From: Escherichia coli
GTDB taxonomy: Bacteria; Pseudomonadota; Gammaproteobacteria; Enterobacterales; Enterobacteriaceae
Reading direction: 5' to 3' (one strand)
Assembly: GCF_051903065.1 (NCBI RefSeq)
Contig: NZ_CP178438.1
Length of the DNA: 64,000 bases
Part shown: positions 50,767-64,000 of the stretch, one piece after another
Layout of the letters: the number at the start of each line of letters is the position of its first letter
How positions within the stretch are numbered: the first letter of the stretch is position 1
The notes under the pieces: model-generated
Database searches by the model: none
Seen by the model: the letters and a program-made list of their open reading frames with translations, nothing else
What the model was told of the DNA's origin: nothing
Position numbers and translations under genes: made by a program

Positions 50767-50834
50767 AGTAGTTCCGGTATGGTTGGCCGGGGCAGGCGTT
50801 TGTGCTGCACCCGGCAAATACGCCTAATGCGGGT

Positions 50835-51866
50835 TTATTTACCCATCTTCACTTCGCTGACCCATTTATTAATCAATGCCTTACGAACATCCGTGGAACC
50901 ATATTTATCCATGTCGTAGTTGATTAATTTCAGGTCGTCGAGCTTCAGCGAATTTGGCGACGTTTCGGCGGTGGTATTGGTCAGGATCTGATAAGACTTC
51001 CCTTTCTTCCACGCCAGTTCCTGAGCTTCTTTTGATAATACCCAGTCCACAAACAGTTTGGCGTTGTCGAGGTTGCGCGCGCCTTTCAGAATGCTGACGC
51101 CGCCAATTTCGTAGCCCGTACCTTCACACGGGGAAATCAACTCCAGCGGCGCGCCCTGTTCTTTTTCCAGCGAGTAGTCATGCAGGAAGCCAATACCAAT
51201 CGCCGTTTCGCCACGGGCGGCGTTACGTGCCGGGGCTATGCCTGATTTGGTGTACTGAGAGACGTTGGCGTTCAGTTGTTTTAGATAATCAAAGGCCTGA
51301 TCTTCCCCCCACAGCTGCGCAAAAGTAGCCAGGGCGGTGTAGGCAGTACCGGAACTTTGCGGATCGGCAATTTGAATTTCGCCTTTATATTCCGGTTTGG
51401 TGAGATCTTTCCAGCACTTCGGCACCGGCAGGTTTTTCTCTTTCAGACGATCGGTGTTTACGCCAAAACCGAGGATCCCCACATAAACGGCAGAGGACAG
51501 ATTCCCTTTCACTTTTGCCGGATCGCGGAATTTCTCCATGATCTGCTCAAGGGTAGGGGATTTATACGCCTGTAGCAGGCCCATCTCGCCAGCCTGCGAT
51601 TGCGGGTCTAAAGTGCCGCCGTACCAGACGTCAGCCTGGGGGTTTTTCTTTTCAGCATCGACTTTTGCCAGGGTGCTTCCGGAACCGTTGCGGATAAACG
51701 AGGTTTTTACATCATATTTCTCGCCAAACGCTTTGGTTTCGGCCTCACACATTTCATTGGTGGCGCTGCAATAGACCACCAGCCGGCCTTTTGCCTGCGC
51801 GGCACCCGTTAAAGTCGCCAGCGCAACGGCAGAAGCAATCAGAGTAGAGGTAAAGGTCATTTTCAT
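50835..51866 (-). CDS. afuA: periplasmic substrate-binding protein (AfuA/FbpA-type), 343 aa (start at MKMTFTST; ORF track extends upstream into the next gene)
   Basis: Signal peptide MKMTFTSTLIASAVALATLTGAAQA; start ATG overlaps the stop of the upstream MFS gene (ATGA). Confidence 0.75.
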   Translation of the reverse strand: MKMTFTSTLIASAVALATLTGAAQAKGRLVVYCSATNEMCEAETKAFGEKYDVKTSFIRNGSGSTLAKVDAEKKNPQADVWYGGTLDPQSQAGEMGLLQAYKSPTLEQIMEKFRDPAKVKGNLSSAVYVGILGFGVNTDRLKEKNLPVPKCWKDLTKPEYKGEIQIADPQSSGTAYTALATFAQLWGEDQAFDYLKQLNANVSQYTKSGIAPARNAARGETAIGIGFLHDYSLEKEQGAPLELISPCEGTGYEIGGVSILKGARNLDNAKLFVDWVLSKEAQELAWKKGKSYQILTNTTAETSPNSLKLDDLKLINYDMDKYGSTDVRKALINKWVSEVKMGK

Positions 51867-53179
51867 TGTTTTATCCTTCGAGCGTGAGTGGTGGTGATGC
51901 CCGCCATCAGTAACGGCATCAGCAGTAAACCCATAAGTACTGCGGCGACCGAGAGTAAACTGAACATTCCCGGCCAGCCGTAGCGTTCGATGACCAGCGA
52001 CAGCGGCCAGCCTGCCAGCGCCGCGCCAAGGTAAGCGAACAGGCCGAGAAATCCGGTGATTGAACCCGCCGCAGCTTTGTGCCCACACTCCACCGCCGCA
52101 AGTCCAATCAGCATTTGTGGGCCAAAGACGAAAAAGCCCACGGTAAAAAAGCACACTGCCAGCAGAGCGTAGTGATGAACCGGTGCCAGCCACAGTGCGG
52201 CGACTGACACCATCAACCCCAACGTGAACAGCAAAATCATTGGCGCTCGTTGCCCGCTAAACAGCAAATCCGATCCCCATCCGGCAAATAACGCGCCGAG
52301 TAAGCCGCCCACTTCAAACAGCATTACCGTGGCGTTGGCGCTGAGCAGGTTGACACCGTGGCTTTCCGTCAGCCAGATATTGCCCCAGTCGTTAAGCGCA
52401 ATCCGGATCACATAAACCAGTACATAAGAGACGCCCAGTAGCCAGATCAGCGGATTTTGCAGCATGGTGGTGCGCAACATTTGCCACAGCCCCATCGGCG
52501 GACTTTGTTGTTCCTGACGTAACTCCAGCGGATCGTGACGCCAGTGACCAACTGTCGGTAATCCCTCTTCCTGGGGCGTGCCTTTGAGTTGTAGCGTTAA
52601 CCAGATCCCTAATGCCATGCTGATTATCCCCGGTGTCAGCATCGCGGCCTGCCAGCCCCACCAGTGGGCGGCAAAGGCGCTAATCAGCGGAATAATCGCT
52701 CCGCCAATGTTGATCGACATATTCCAGCAGCCCCACCAGAAACCGCGCTCATTGCGTGAGTACCAGTGGGTCAGCAAGCGGGCACACGGTGGCCATCCCC
52801 AGCCCTGAAAAAAACCGTTCAGTGTCCAGACCACAAGCAGAAGCGTAAGTGATTCGCCAAAGGCAAACACCACGTTCAATAACCCGGTGGCGAACAAGCC
52901 GACGCCCATAAAACCGCGTTGTCCGTGGCTGTCATGCCACAGTCCGGCGGTAAATTTCGACAATCCGTAGCTGAGATAAAACAGCGAACCCAGCAGGCCA
53001 ATGTCGCCTTTATCCAGTCCGAGGTCGGTTTGTAGCGCCGGAAGGACGTAATTCACGCTTTTTCGCGTCAGATAAAATGCGGCGTAGCCAATAATCATGC
53101 ACATCAGCAATCGCGGACGTAATGCCCGGTAGCATTGATTAATTTCTCTCGCTGAACGCGCGTGCATGGTTGTCTCCAT
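51863..53179 (-). CDS. UhpC-like MFS sugar-phosphate sensor/transporter, 438 aa
   Basis: 12-TM organophosphate:Pi-antiporter-family protein of UhpC size, downstream of UhpB/UhpA-like genes. Confidence 0.75.
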   Translation of the reverse strand: METTMHARSAREINQCYRALRPRLLMCMIIGYAAFYLTRKSVNYVLPALQTDLGLDKGDIGLLGSLFYLSYGLSKFTAGLWHDSHGQRGFMGVGLFATGLLNVVFAFGESLTLLLVVWTLNGFFQGWGWPPCARLLTHWYSRNERGFWWGCWNMSINIGGAIIPLISAFAAHWWGWQAAMLTPGIISMALGIWLTLQLKGTPQEEGLPTVGHWRHDPLELRQEQQSPPMGLWQMLRTTMLQNPLIWLLGVSYVLVYVIRIALNDWGNIWLTESHGVNLLSANATVMLFEVGGLLGALFAGWGSDLLFSGQRAPMILLFTLGLMVSVAALWLAPVHHYALLAVCFFTVGFFVFGPQMLIGLAAVECGHKAAAGSITGFLGLFAYLGAALAGWPLSLVIERYGWPGMFSLLSVAAVLMGLLLMPLLMAGITTTHARRIKQ

Positions 53180-53251
53180 GTTGCTGACTATATGAAAATG
53201 AAAGTGAAAGGGGATGAGAGAAAATCCGGGATACCTAAGACTTTTTCCTGG

Positions 53252-54793
53252 TTATCCGGCGATTTGTTGCAAAAATGTGGGCAAGTTAACAATTACCCGC
53301 GTGCCGTGCTGTTTTTCGAGCGTTAAGTCGCCGCCCAGGGCGCTGACGCGCTCACGCATCCCCTGAATGCCAAATCCGGCCATTTTCCCGCTGGCGATCC
53401 CCACACCGTTGTCGCTGACCTCCAGATGCAATACCTCTCCCTGCTGGCGCAGGATAATCGTCACTTCGCTGGCTTCGGCGTGTTTACAGACGTTATTGAG
53501 CAACTCCTGCAATAACCGATACAAGGTAAAGCGCACCGTTTCGTTTTCTGGTGTGGAGTTCAGTTGATAGGCAAACTGGCAATGAATGCCGCGTTCACCA
53601 AAGGCAAATTCATTAATCAGATGCAACAACGCTTCGCGAAATGTCAGTTCATCAAGCGCGGGAGGCCGCAACTGGCGCAGCAATTGGCGGGTGGAGAGAT
53701 GAATGCGGCGGGCGAGCTCATTGATTTGGCTGGCTGCGGATTGAATTTGCGCCGGATCACGCGCCCGCTTCACCAGTTGCGACTGGATCTGAATGGCGGT
53801 GATGTTCTGACCGATTTCGTCGTGCAGCTCTCGCGCCAGGTTTTTTCGCGTGTCCTCCTCGGTGTGGATCAACTTTTCCGCCAATGCCCGCCGCGCTGCC
53901 AGCTCGGCCTCCAGCCGTTGTCGGTAATGGTGCAGGTTTAGCGCCAGATGTTGCTGGCGACTGATGGCAATGCCCAGGCCAATTCCCAGCAAGGCCTGGG
54001 TCGCGAGGAAAATCTCCAGCTCCACCAGGTTACTAAAGCCCACGCCAATCTGGCGGGCGATGGTGATCATCATGCTGCCCAAAAGCCCGGAGAGTACGCC
54101 ACCTTGCCAGCCAAATTTCCACGCCATCACCACATTGGGCAAAAAGACCACGATCAACAGCAGACGCTCAATTTCAGGTGACAGCACCATCTGAGTGCCG
54201 ATACCAATGATAAAAAACAGGCTACACCAGATGATTAAAGAGGTACGCAAGGGGGGATTATGCGTATCGAGTCCCAGGAGCTGGTAGCGATGCTGCTGGC
54301 GCAGAAACTCAAAGATAAGATAGACAAACGGCGTCAGTAATACGCCGCCGGTAAATGAGGTCAAACCCGGCAGCATTATTGGGCCTGACATAAAAGGGGA
54401 GAGCAGGGCGGTATTCAACAATGAAGCTGCCGTGACAGTGGCTAACAGCAACGTCAGACGCTGCCAGTAAAGTGGAAAACGGTGCCAGAAGTTTTGCGCA
54501 AGGAGGACAGGAAACAGGCTAATAACCGGCGTTGCCAGCATGAGATAACCGTTCAATAGCTGCTCACTATGGAGCCAGAACATCATCAGCAAAGGGGGGA
54601 GTACCAACGCAGGCCAGTAGCGGCGAGAGAGCAAAATAACAAGGGCGAGATAAACTCCCTGCGGGAGAAACAACACCGCCTGTTGACCGTTATTGGTCAG
54701 ATAAAAGCTGAGCGTCCACAGCATCAGCCAGCCGGTTCCCCAGGCCAACACAATAAACAGCGAAATCACCCAATGACGAAGATTGCGCGACAT
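53252..54793 (-). CDS. UhpB-like sensor histidine kinase, 513 aa
   Basis: N-terminal multi-TM sensor region, HisKA_3 H-box ELHDEIGQNITAI, ATPase region (VSDNGVGI). Confidence 0.8.
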   Translation of the reverse strand: MSRNLRHWVISLFIVLAWGTGWLMLWTLSFYLTNNGQQAVLFLPQGVYLALVILLSRRYWPALVLPPLLMMFWLHSEQLLNGYLMLATPVISLFPVLLAQNFWHRFPLYWQRLTLLLATVTAASLLNTALLSPFMSGPIMLPGLTSFTGGVLLTPFVYLIFEFLRQQHRYQLLGLDTHNPPLRTSLIIWCSLFFIIGIGTQMVLSPEIERLLLIVVFLPNVVMAWKFGWQGGVLSGLLGSMMITIARQIGVGFSNLVELEIFLATQALLGIGLGIAISRQQHLALNLHHYRQRLEAELAARRALAEKLIHTEEDTRKNLARELHDEIGQNITAIQIQSQLVKRARDPAQIQSAASQINELARRIHLSTRQLLRQLRPPALDELTFREALLHLINEFAFGERGIHCQFAYQLNSTPENETVRFTLYRLLQELLNNVCKHAEASEVTIILRQQGEVLHLEVSDNGVGIASGKMAGFGIQGMRERVSALGGDLTLEKQHGTRVIVNLPTFLQQIAG

Positions 54794-55422
54794 TAATGCC
54801 CCGCCAGCAGATGGTGGTCGAGCGCAAAATGTACCAGTTCAATGGTGCTATGGCAGTTCAGTTTTCCCAGCACATTGGCGCGATGCACATGTACCGTTTT
54901 ATGACTGAGTTCGAGTTTAAAGGCGATCTCTTTAACGCTGTCTCCTTTGACCAGTAAATCAAACACTTCACGTTCTCGTGGGGTGAGAATTTCCAGCGCC
55001 TGGGCGGGTTGCCCGCCGCCGCGTAAAGCCCGAATCGCATCGGCACAGAGATAATGCCCGCCCAGCCCGACCGAGCGCACCGCCTGTACTAACTCTTCCG
55101 GCCCACAGCGTTTGGTTAAATACCCGCTGGCACCGGCATCCAGCGCGCTTTGCACAAAGGTTGGCGCGTCATAAATGCTAAGAATAATGGCGCGAAATTG
55201 CGGTTTTTGTGCACGCAGGCGCTTAAGCAAACTGAGGCCGTTTTCGTCCGGCATGGCAATATCAATGACGGCAACATTGACGTCATCACGGATTAATGCC
55301 GACCATGCCTGCGCGGCACTACTGTACTGACCAATGACCTCCAGATCGTCTTCCAGAGAGAGTAATTGTGCGAAGCCAGAGCGCACCACCACATGGTCAT
55401 CCACCAGCACTACCCGAATCAT
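54793..55422 (-). CDS. UhpA-like NarL/FixJ-family response regulator, 209 aa
   Basis: Receiver domain (VVLVDDH ... VIDIAMPD) plus C-terminal LuxR-type HTH; stop overlaps kinase start. Confidence 0.8.
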   Translation of the reverse strand: MIRVVLVDDHVVVRSGFAQLLSLEDDLEVIGQYSSAAQAWSALIRDDVNVAVIDIAMPDENGLSLLKRLRAQKPQFRAIILSIYDAPTFVQSALDAGASGYLTKRCGPEELVQAVRSVGLGGHYLCADAIRALRGGGQPAQALEILTPREREVFDLLVKGDSVKEIAFKLELSHKTVHVHRANVLGKLNCHSTIELVHFALDHHLLAGH

Positions 55423-55724
55423 ACTTTTCTTCTCTTATTATCTAATTCTCCTATCATGCATCACGGCGCGGCGCTGGCAATCAACCAGCGACAGATATGG
55501 AATGGATGTAACAAAATGGCAATAATTTGCCGGAGCGCGCACATCTTATCTGGCTTGTGAACCGGCGGGATACGTTCGCCAAAACCGCAAAATGCGCAAA
55601 CTCGCTAACCATTGCCGATTTTTTTCTAAAAACGCTTTGTTCTTAACAAGACCTTTTAATTCCTTTATCAAACTGACCCGCAACGAAATACTGCTCCCAT
55701 AACAAGACAGGGGAGCAGACAATC

Positions 55725-56687
55725 ATGGCAATTTCATCGCGTAACACACTTCTTGCCGCGCTGGCATTCATCGCTTTTCAGGCACAGGCGGTGAACGTCA
55801 CCGTGGCGTATCAAACCTCAGCCGAACCGGCGAAAGTGGCTCAGGCCGACAACACCTTTACTAAAGAAAGCGGAGCAACCGTGGACTGGCGTAAGTTTGA
55901 CAGCGGAGCCAGCATCGTGCGGGCGCTGGCTTCAGGCGACGTGCAAATCGGCAACCTCGGTTCCAGCCCGTTAGCGGTTGCAGCCAGCCAACAGGTGCCG
56001 ATTGAAGTCTTCTTGCTGGCGTCAAAACTGGGTAACTCCGAAGCGCTGGTGGTAAAGAAAACTATCAGCAAACCGGAAGATCTGATTGGCAAACGCATCG
56101 CCGTACCGTTTATCTCCACCACCCACTACAGCCTGCTGGCGGCGCTGAAACACTGGGGCATTAAACCCGGGCAAGTGGAGATTGTGAACCTGCAGCCGCC
56201 CGCGATTATCGCTGCCTGGCAGCGGGGAGATATTGATGGTGCTTATGTCTGGGCACCGGCGGTTAACGCCCTGGAAAAAGACGGCAAGGTGTTGACCGAT
56301 TCTGAACAGGTCGGGCAGTGGGGCGCGCCAACGCTGGACGTTTGGGTGGTGCGCAAAGATTTTGCCGAGAAACATCCTGAGGTCGTGAAAGCGTTCGCTA
56401 AAAGCGCCATCGATGCTCAGCAACCGTACATTGCTAACCCAGACGCGTGGCTGAAACAGCCGGAAAACATCAGCAAACTGGCGCGTTTAAGCGGCGTGCC
56501 TGAAGGTGACGTTCCGGGGCTGGTGAAGGGGAATACCTATCTGACGCCGCAGCAACAAACGGCAGAACTGACCGGACCGGTGAACAAAGCGATCATCGAC
56601 ACCGCGCAGTTTTTGAAAGAGCAGGGCAAGGTCCCGGCTGTAGCGAATGATTACAGCCAGTACGTTACCTCGCGCTTCGTGCAATAA
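55725..56687 (+). CDS. tauA: taurine ABC transporter periplasmic binding protein, 320 aa
   Basis: Signal peptide, SsuA/TauA-family; first gene of tauABCD. Confidence 0.9.
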   Translation: MAISSRNTLLAALAFIAFQAQAVNVTVAYQTSAEPAKVAQADNTFTKESGATVDWRKFDSGASIVRALASGDVQIGNLGSSPLAVAASQQVPIEVFLLASKLGNSEALVVKKTISKPEDLIGKRIAVPFISTTHYSLLAALKHWGIKPGQVEIVNLQPPAIIAAWQRGDIDGAYVWAPAVNALEKDGKVLTDSEQVGQWGAPTLDVWVVRKDFAEKHPEVVKAFAKSAIDAQQPYIANPDAWLKQPENISKLARLSGVPEGDVPGLVKGNTYLTPQQQTAELTGPVNKAIIDTAQFLKEQGKVPAVANDYSQYVTSRFVQ

Positions 56688-56699
56688 AAGGAGGCGCAG

Positions 56700-57467
56700 A
56701 TGCTGCAAATCTCTCATCTTTACGCCGATTATGGCGGCAAACCGGCACTGGAAGATATCAACCTGACGCTGGAAAGCGGCGAGCTACTGGTGGTGCTGGG
56801 GCCGTCCGGCTGCGGTAAAACCACCCTGCTGAATCTGATTGCCGGTTTTGTGCCTTATCAGCATGGCAGCATTCAACTGGCGGGTAAGCGTATTGAGGGA
56901 CCGGGAGCAGAGCGTGGCGTAGTTTTTCAGAATGAAGGGCTACTACCGTGGCGCAATGTGCAGGACAACGTGGCGTTCGGCCTGCAATTGGCAGGTATAG
57001 AGAAAATGCAGCGACTGGAAATCGCGCACCAGATGCTGAAAAAAGTGGGGCTGGAAGGCGCAGAAAAACGCTACATCTGGCAGCTTTCCGGTGGTCAACG
57101 TCAGCGGGTGGGCATTGCCCGCGCGCTGGCGGCGAATCCCCAGCTGTTATTACTCGACGAACCGTTTGGTGCGCTGGACGCCTTCACCCGCGACCAGATG
57201 CAAACCCTGCTGCTGAAACTCTGGCAGGAGACGGGCAAGCAGGTGCTGTTGATTACCCACGATATAGAAGAAGCGGTGTTTATGGCGACTGAACTGGTTC
57301 TGCTTTCATCCGGCCCTGGACGTGTGCTGGAGCGGCTGCCGCTCAACTTTGCTCGCCGCTTTGTTGCGGGAGAGTCGAGCCGCAGCATCAAGTCCGATCC
57401 ACAATTCATCGCCATGCGCGAATATGTTTTAAGCCGCGTATTTGAGCAACGGGAGGCGTTCTCATGA
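56700..57467 (+). CDS. tauB: taurine ABC transporter ATPase, 255 aa
   Basis: Walker [10 protein letters not shown], signature [15 protein letters not shown]. Confidence 0.9.
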   Translation: MLQISHLYADYGGKPALEDINLTLESGELLVVLGPSGCGKTTLLNLIAGFVPYQHGSIQLAGKRIEGPGAERGVVFQNEGLLPWRNVQDNVAFGLQLAGIEKMQRLEIAHQMLKKVGLEGAEKRYIWQLSGGQRQRVGIARALAANPQLLLLDEPFGALDAFTRDQMQTLLLKLWQETGKQVLLITHDIEEAVFMATELVLLSSGPGRVLERLPLNFARRFVAGESSRSIKSDPQFIAMREYVLSRVFEQREAFS

Positions 57468-58291
57468 GTGTGCTCATTAATGAAAAACTGCATTCGCGGC
57501 GGCTGAAATGGCGCTGGCCGCTCTCGCGTCAGGTGACCTTAAGCATTGGCACGTTAGCGGTTTTACTCACTGTATGGTGGACGGTGGCGGCGCTGCAACT
57601 GATTAGCCCGCTGTTTTTGCCGCCGCCGCAACAAGTACTGGCAAAACTGCTCACCATTGCCGGACCGCAGGGATTTATGGACGCCACGCTGTGGCAGCAT
57701 CTGGCAGCCAGCCTGACGCGCATTTTGCTGGCGCTACTCGCGGCGGTGTTGATCGGCATTCCGGTCGGGATCGCCATGGGGCTAAGCCCGACGGTGCGCG
57801 GCATTCTGGATCCGATAATCGAGCTTTATCGTCCGGTGCCGCCGCTGGCTTATTTGCCGCTGATGGTGATCTGGTTTGGTATTGGCGAAACCTCGAAGAT
57901 CTTACTGATCTATTTAGCGATTTTTGCGCCGGTGGCGATGTCGGCGCTGGCAGGGGTGAAAAGCGCGCAGCAGGTTCGCATTCGTGCCGCCCAGTCGCTG
58001 GGTGCCAGCCGTGCGCAGGTGCTGTGGTTTGTCATTTTGCCCGGCGCGCTGCCGGAAATCCTCACCGGATTACGTATTGGTCTGGGTGTGGGCTGGTCTA
58101 CGCTGGTGGCGGCGGAGCTGATTGCCGCGACGCGCGGTTTAGGATTTATGGTTCAGTCAGCGGGTGAATTTCTCGCGACTGACGTGGTGCTGGCGGGGAT
58201 CGCGGTGATTGCGATTATCGCCTTTCTTTTAGAACTGGGTTTGCGCGCGTTACAGCGCCGCCTGACGCCCTGGCATGGAGAAGTACAATGA
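57464..58291 (+). CDS. tauC: taurine ABC transporter permease, 275 aa
   Basis: Hydrophobic permease overlapping tauB and tauD ends. Confidence 0.9.
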   Translation: MSVLINEKLHSRRLKWRWPLSRQVTLSIGTLAVLLTVWWTVAALQLISPLFLPPPQQVLAKLLTIAGPQGFMDATLWQHLAASLTRILLALLAAVLIGIPVGIAMGLSPTVRGILDPIIELYRPVPPLAYLPLMVIWFGIGETSKILLIYLAIFAPVAMSALAGVKSAQQVRIRAAQSLGASRAQVLWFVILPGALPEILTGLRIGLGVGWSTLVAAELIAATRGLGFMVQSAGEFLATDVVLAGIAVIAIIAFLLELGLRALQRRLTPWHGEVQ

Positions 58292-59139
58292 GTGAACGTC
58301 TGAGCATTACCCCGCTGGGGCCGTATATCGGAGCACAAATTTCGGGTGCCGACCTGACGCGCCCGTTAAGCGATAATCAGTTTGAACAACTTTACCATGC
58401 GGTACTGCGCCATCAGGTGGTGTTTCTGCGCGATCAAGCCATTACGCCGCAGCAGCAACGCGCGCTGGCCCAGCGTTTTGGCGAACTGCATATTCACCCT
58501 GTTTACCCTCATGCCGAAGGGGTTGACGAGATCATCGTGCTGGATACCCATAACGATAATCCGCCAGATAACGACAACTGGCATACCGATGTGACATTTA
58601 TTGAAACGCCACCCGCAGGGGCGATTCTGGCAGCGAAAGAGTTACCTTCGACCGGCGGCGATACGCTCTGGACCAGCGGTATTGCGGCCTATGAGGCGCT
58701 CTCTGTTCCCTTCCGCCAGCTGCTGAGCGGGCTGCGTGCGGAGCATGATTTTCGTAAATCGTTCCCGGAATACAAATACCGCAAAACCGAGGAGGAACAT
58801 CAACGCTGGCGCGAGGCGGTCGCGAAAAATCCGCCGTTGCTACATCCGGTGGTGCGAACGCATCCGGTGAGCGGTAAACAGGCGCTGTTTGTGAATGAAG
58901 GCTTTACTACGCGAATTGTTGATGTGAGCGAGAAAGAGAGCGAAGCCTTGTTAAGTTTTTTGTTTGCCCATATCACCAAACCGGAGTTTCAGGTGCGCTG
59001 GCGCTGGCAACCAAATGATATTGCGATTTGGGATAACCGCGTGACCCAGCACTATGCCAATGCCGATTACCTGCCACAGCGACGGATAATGCATCGGGCG
59101 ACGATTCTTGGGGATAAACCGTTTTATCGGGCGGGGTAA
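58288..59139 (+). CDS. tauD: taurine dioxygenase (Fe/2-oxoglutarate dependent), 283 aa
   Basis: TauD/TfdA-family size and HxD-containing segment (WHTDVTF). Confidence 0.9.
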
Positions 59140-59152
59140 TACGAGAGTGGAC

Positions 59153-59240
59153 GGTCCCCTCGCCCCCTTGGGGAGAGGGTTAGGGTGAGGGGGCGTTCAC
59201 CGTGCTTTCAACAGGTTAACTCCCCCTTTCTGAGAGGAAA
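59153..59240. repeat. GC-rich G-tract/C-tract imperfect palindrome between convergent tauD and hemB
   Basis: CCCCTCGCCCCCTTGGGGAGAGGGTTAGGGTGAGGGGGCG ... CTCCCCCTTTCTGAGAGG; resembles a dispersed intergenic palindromic element and may act as a bidirectional terminator. Confidence 0.4.
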
Positions 59241-59245
59241 CAAAA

Positions 59246-60220
59246 TTAACGCAGAATCTTCTTCTCAGCCAAATCCAGCGCAAAGTAGCTGAAAATCAGA
59301 TCCGCACCCGCACGCTTAATCGAACCTAAGCTTTCGAGCACCACTTTCTCTTCATCTATAGCACCCGCCAGCGCGGCGAACTTAATCATCGCATACTCAC
59401 CGCTCACCTGATACGCGCCAATCGGCAATTCAGTACGTTCACGCAGCTCACGCACGATGTCGAGGTACGCTCCAGCAGGTTTAACCATCAGGCAGTCTGC
59501 GCCCTGGGCTTCATCCAGCAGTGATTCACGAATCGCCTCGCGACGGTTCATTGGGTTCATCTGATAGCTTTTGCGGTCGCCTTTTAATGCGCTTCCGGCA
59601 GCTTCACGGAACGGACCATAAAAGGAAGAGGCGAACTTGGTCGAATACGACATAATCGCCGTATCTTTAAAGCCCGCAGCGTCCAGCGCCTGACGAATCG
59701 CCTGTACCTGGCCATCCATCGCGGCGGAAGGGGCGATGAAGTCTGCACCTGCAGCAGCTGCAACCACGGCTTGCTTGCCTAAATTTTCCAGAGTCGCGTC
59801 GTTGTCGACGCCATGCTCGCACAGCACACCGCAGTGACCGTGAGAAGTGTATTCACAGAAGCAGGTGTCTGACATGACAATCATTTCTGGCACGGTCTGC
59901 TTGCAGATGCGCGACATACGCGCCACCAGTCCATCTTCCCGCCAGGCATCGCTGCCGGTTTCATCGGTATGGTGAGAGATGCCGAAAGTCATCACGGAAC
60001 GAATACCGGCGTTGGCGATGCGTTCAATTTCGCGTGCCAGATGTTTCTCTGGAATGCGCATCACGCCAGGCATGGCTTCAACGGCTTTGTAGTCGTCAAT
60101 TTCTTCTTCAACAAAGATCGGCAACACCAGGTCGTTAAGGCTAAGTGTTGTCTCTTCAAACATAGCGCGCAGCGCAGGAGATTTGCGCAGGCGACGAGGG
60201 CGTTGGATTAAGTCTGTCAT
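59246..60220 (-). CDS. hemB: porphobilinogen synthase, 324 aa (ORF open to 60253)
   Basis: [27 protein letters not shown]-terminus; active-site Lys and Cys-rich zinc site ([12 protein letters not shown]). Confidence 0.95.
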
Positions 60221-60745
60221 GGTCTGCCTGATGTTTGTGGAATTAAGGTGCACAGTATACCTGAAGCGGGGCAGGAGTGTTTTACGAAAGTTGTCACGAT
60301 GTTGACAAGAAGAGAATGAAAGAGAGACCAGGGCATCTTTGTAATAGAAATAGCAATAACTTCATATTCACTGAAAATATTTTTTAATTTTTATTTATAG
60401 GTGCTGGTTATTATTTTTGCCAATTTGGTTGAACTGTCAAAAATTGAATTACTTAAAGTTCATTGCTTATTGATACATTATTTGTCTGATTTGTTGTTTT
60501 GGTATTTTTAGGATCTATAATTCAAAATTAATGATTTCATTAACGTGTTGAAATGCAGTGTTTTTGTCAACTTATTCTTTGTGCGTATAGATATTTTTAT
60601 ATATGTCCGCAATCGGACTTAGGGGAAAGAATAATTGAACCATTCCTCTATAACGCCGCATAATCGTCAACGCGAAACATAAGATGTTTTCTATGCATTG
60701 ATAATTGATGGATCAACTTATTACGTCCCTGAGGAGGGATGACAA

Positions 60746-63688
<2,943 letters not shown>

Positions 63689-63710
63689 TATTCTTCACTC
63701 CGAAGAAATA

Positions 63711-64000
<290 letters not shown>

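Noticed and set aside
50835-52193. 452-aa ORF suggesting a much longer binding protein that overlaps the MFS gene by 330 bp
   Set aside because: The upstream 109 codons have no Shine-Dalgarno and overlap the UhpC-like gene in another frame; the signal peptide begins at the internal MKMTFTST, so the gene was called as 50835..51866.

Overview
This window reads as an Escherichia coli chromosomal segment covering the lac region and its neighbours, in a strain that is close to but not identical to K-12 (identification by protein sequence and gene order, from memory; no database search was run). Gene order: yahD-yahE-yahF-yahG | yahI-yahJ | yahK | yahL-yahM | yahN | yahO | IS903 | prpR | prpBCDE | codBA | cynR | cynTSX | lacAYZ | lacI | two extra genes | mhpR | mhpABCDFE | mhpT | yaiL | frmBAR | afuCBA plus a uhpABC-like sensing system | tauABCD | hemB | an intact yaiT-type autotransporter | start of yaiV. 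Eight intergenic junctions carry REP/BIME palindromic repeats, three of them as long tandem arrays. I found no CRISPR array, prophage, rRNA/tRNA gene or recognisable defence island, and I do not see a clearly undescribed system. The most interesting loci are strain-variable or under-characterised: (1) a two-gene module (GlxA/AraC-type regulator plus MBL-fold hydrolase) between lacI and mhpR, whose 3-prime end contains the classical lacI promoter; (2) a six-gene island in which a UhpA/UhpB/UhpC-like sensing system sits directly upstream of, and overlaps, an AfuABC-type ABC importer; (3) the yahEFG/yahIJ cluster, a candidate carbamoyl-transfer pathway with a Tat-exported amidohydrolase; (4) an intact 1057-bp IS903 with perfect 9-bp target-site duplications; (5) an uninterrupted 980-aa autotransporter. 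Comparisons to K-12 are from recalled sequence and need alignment to confirm.
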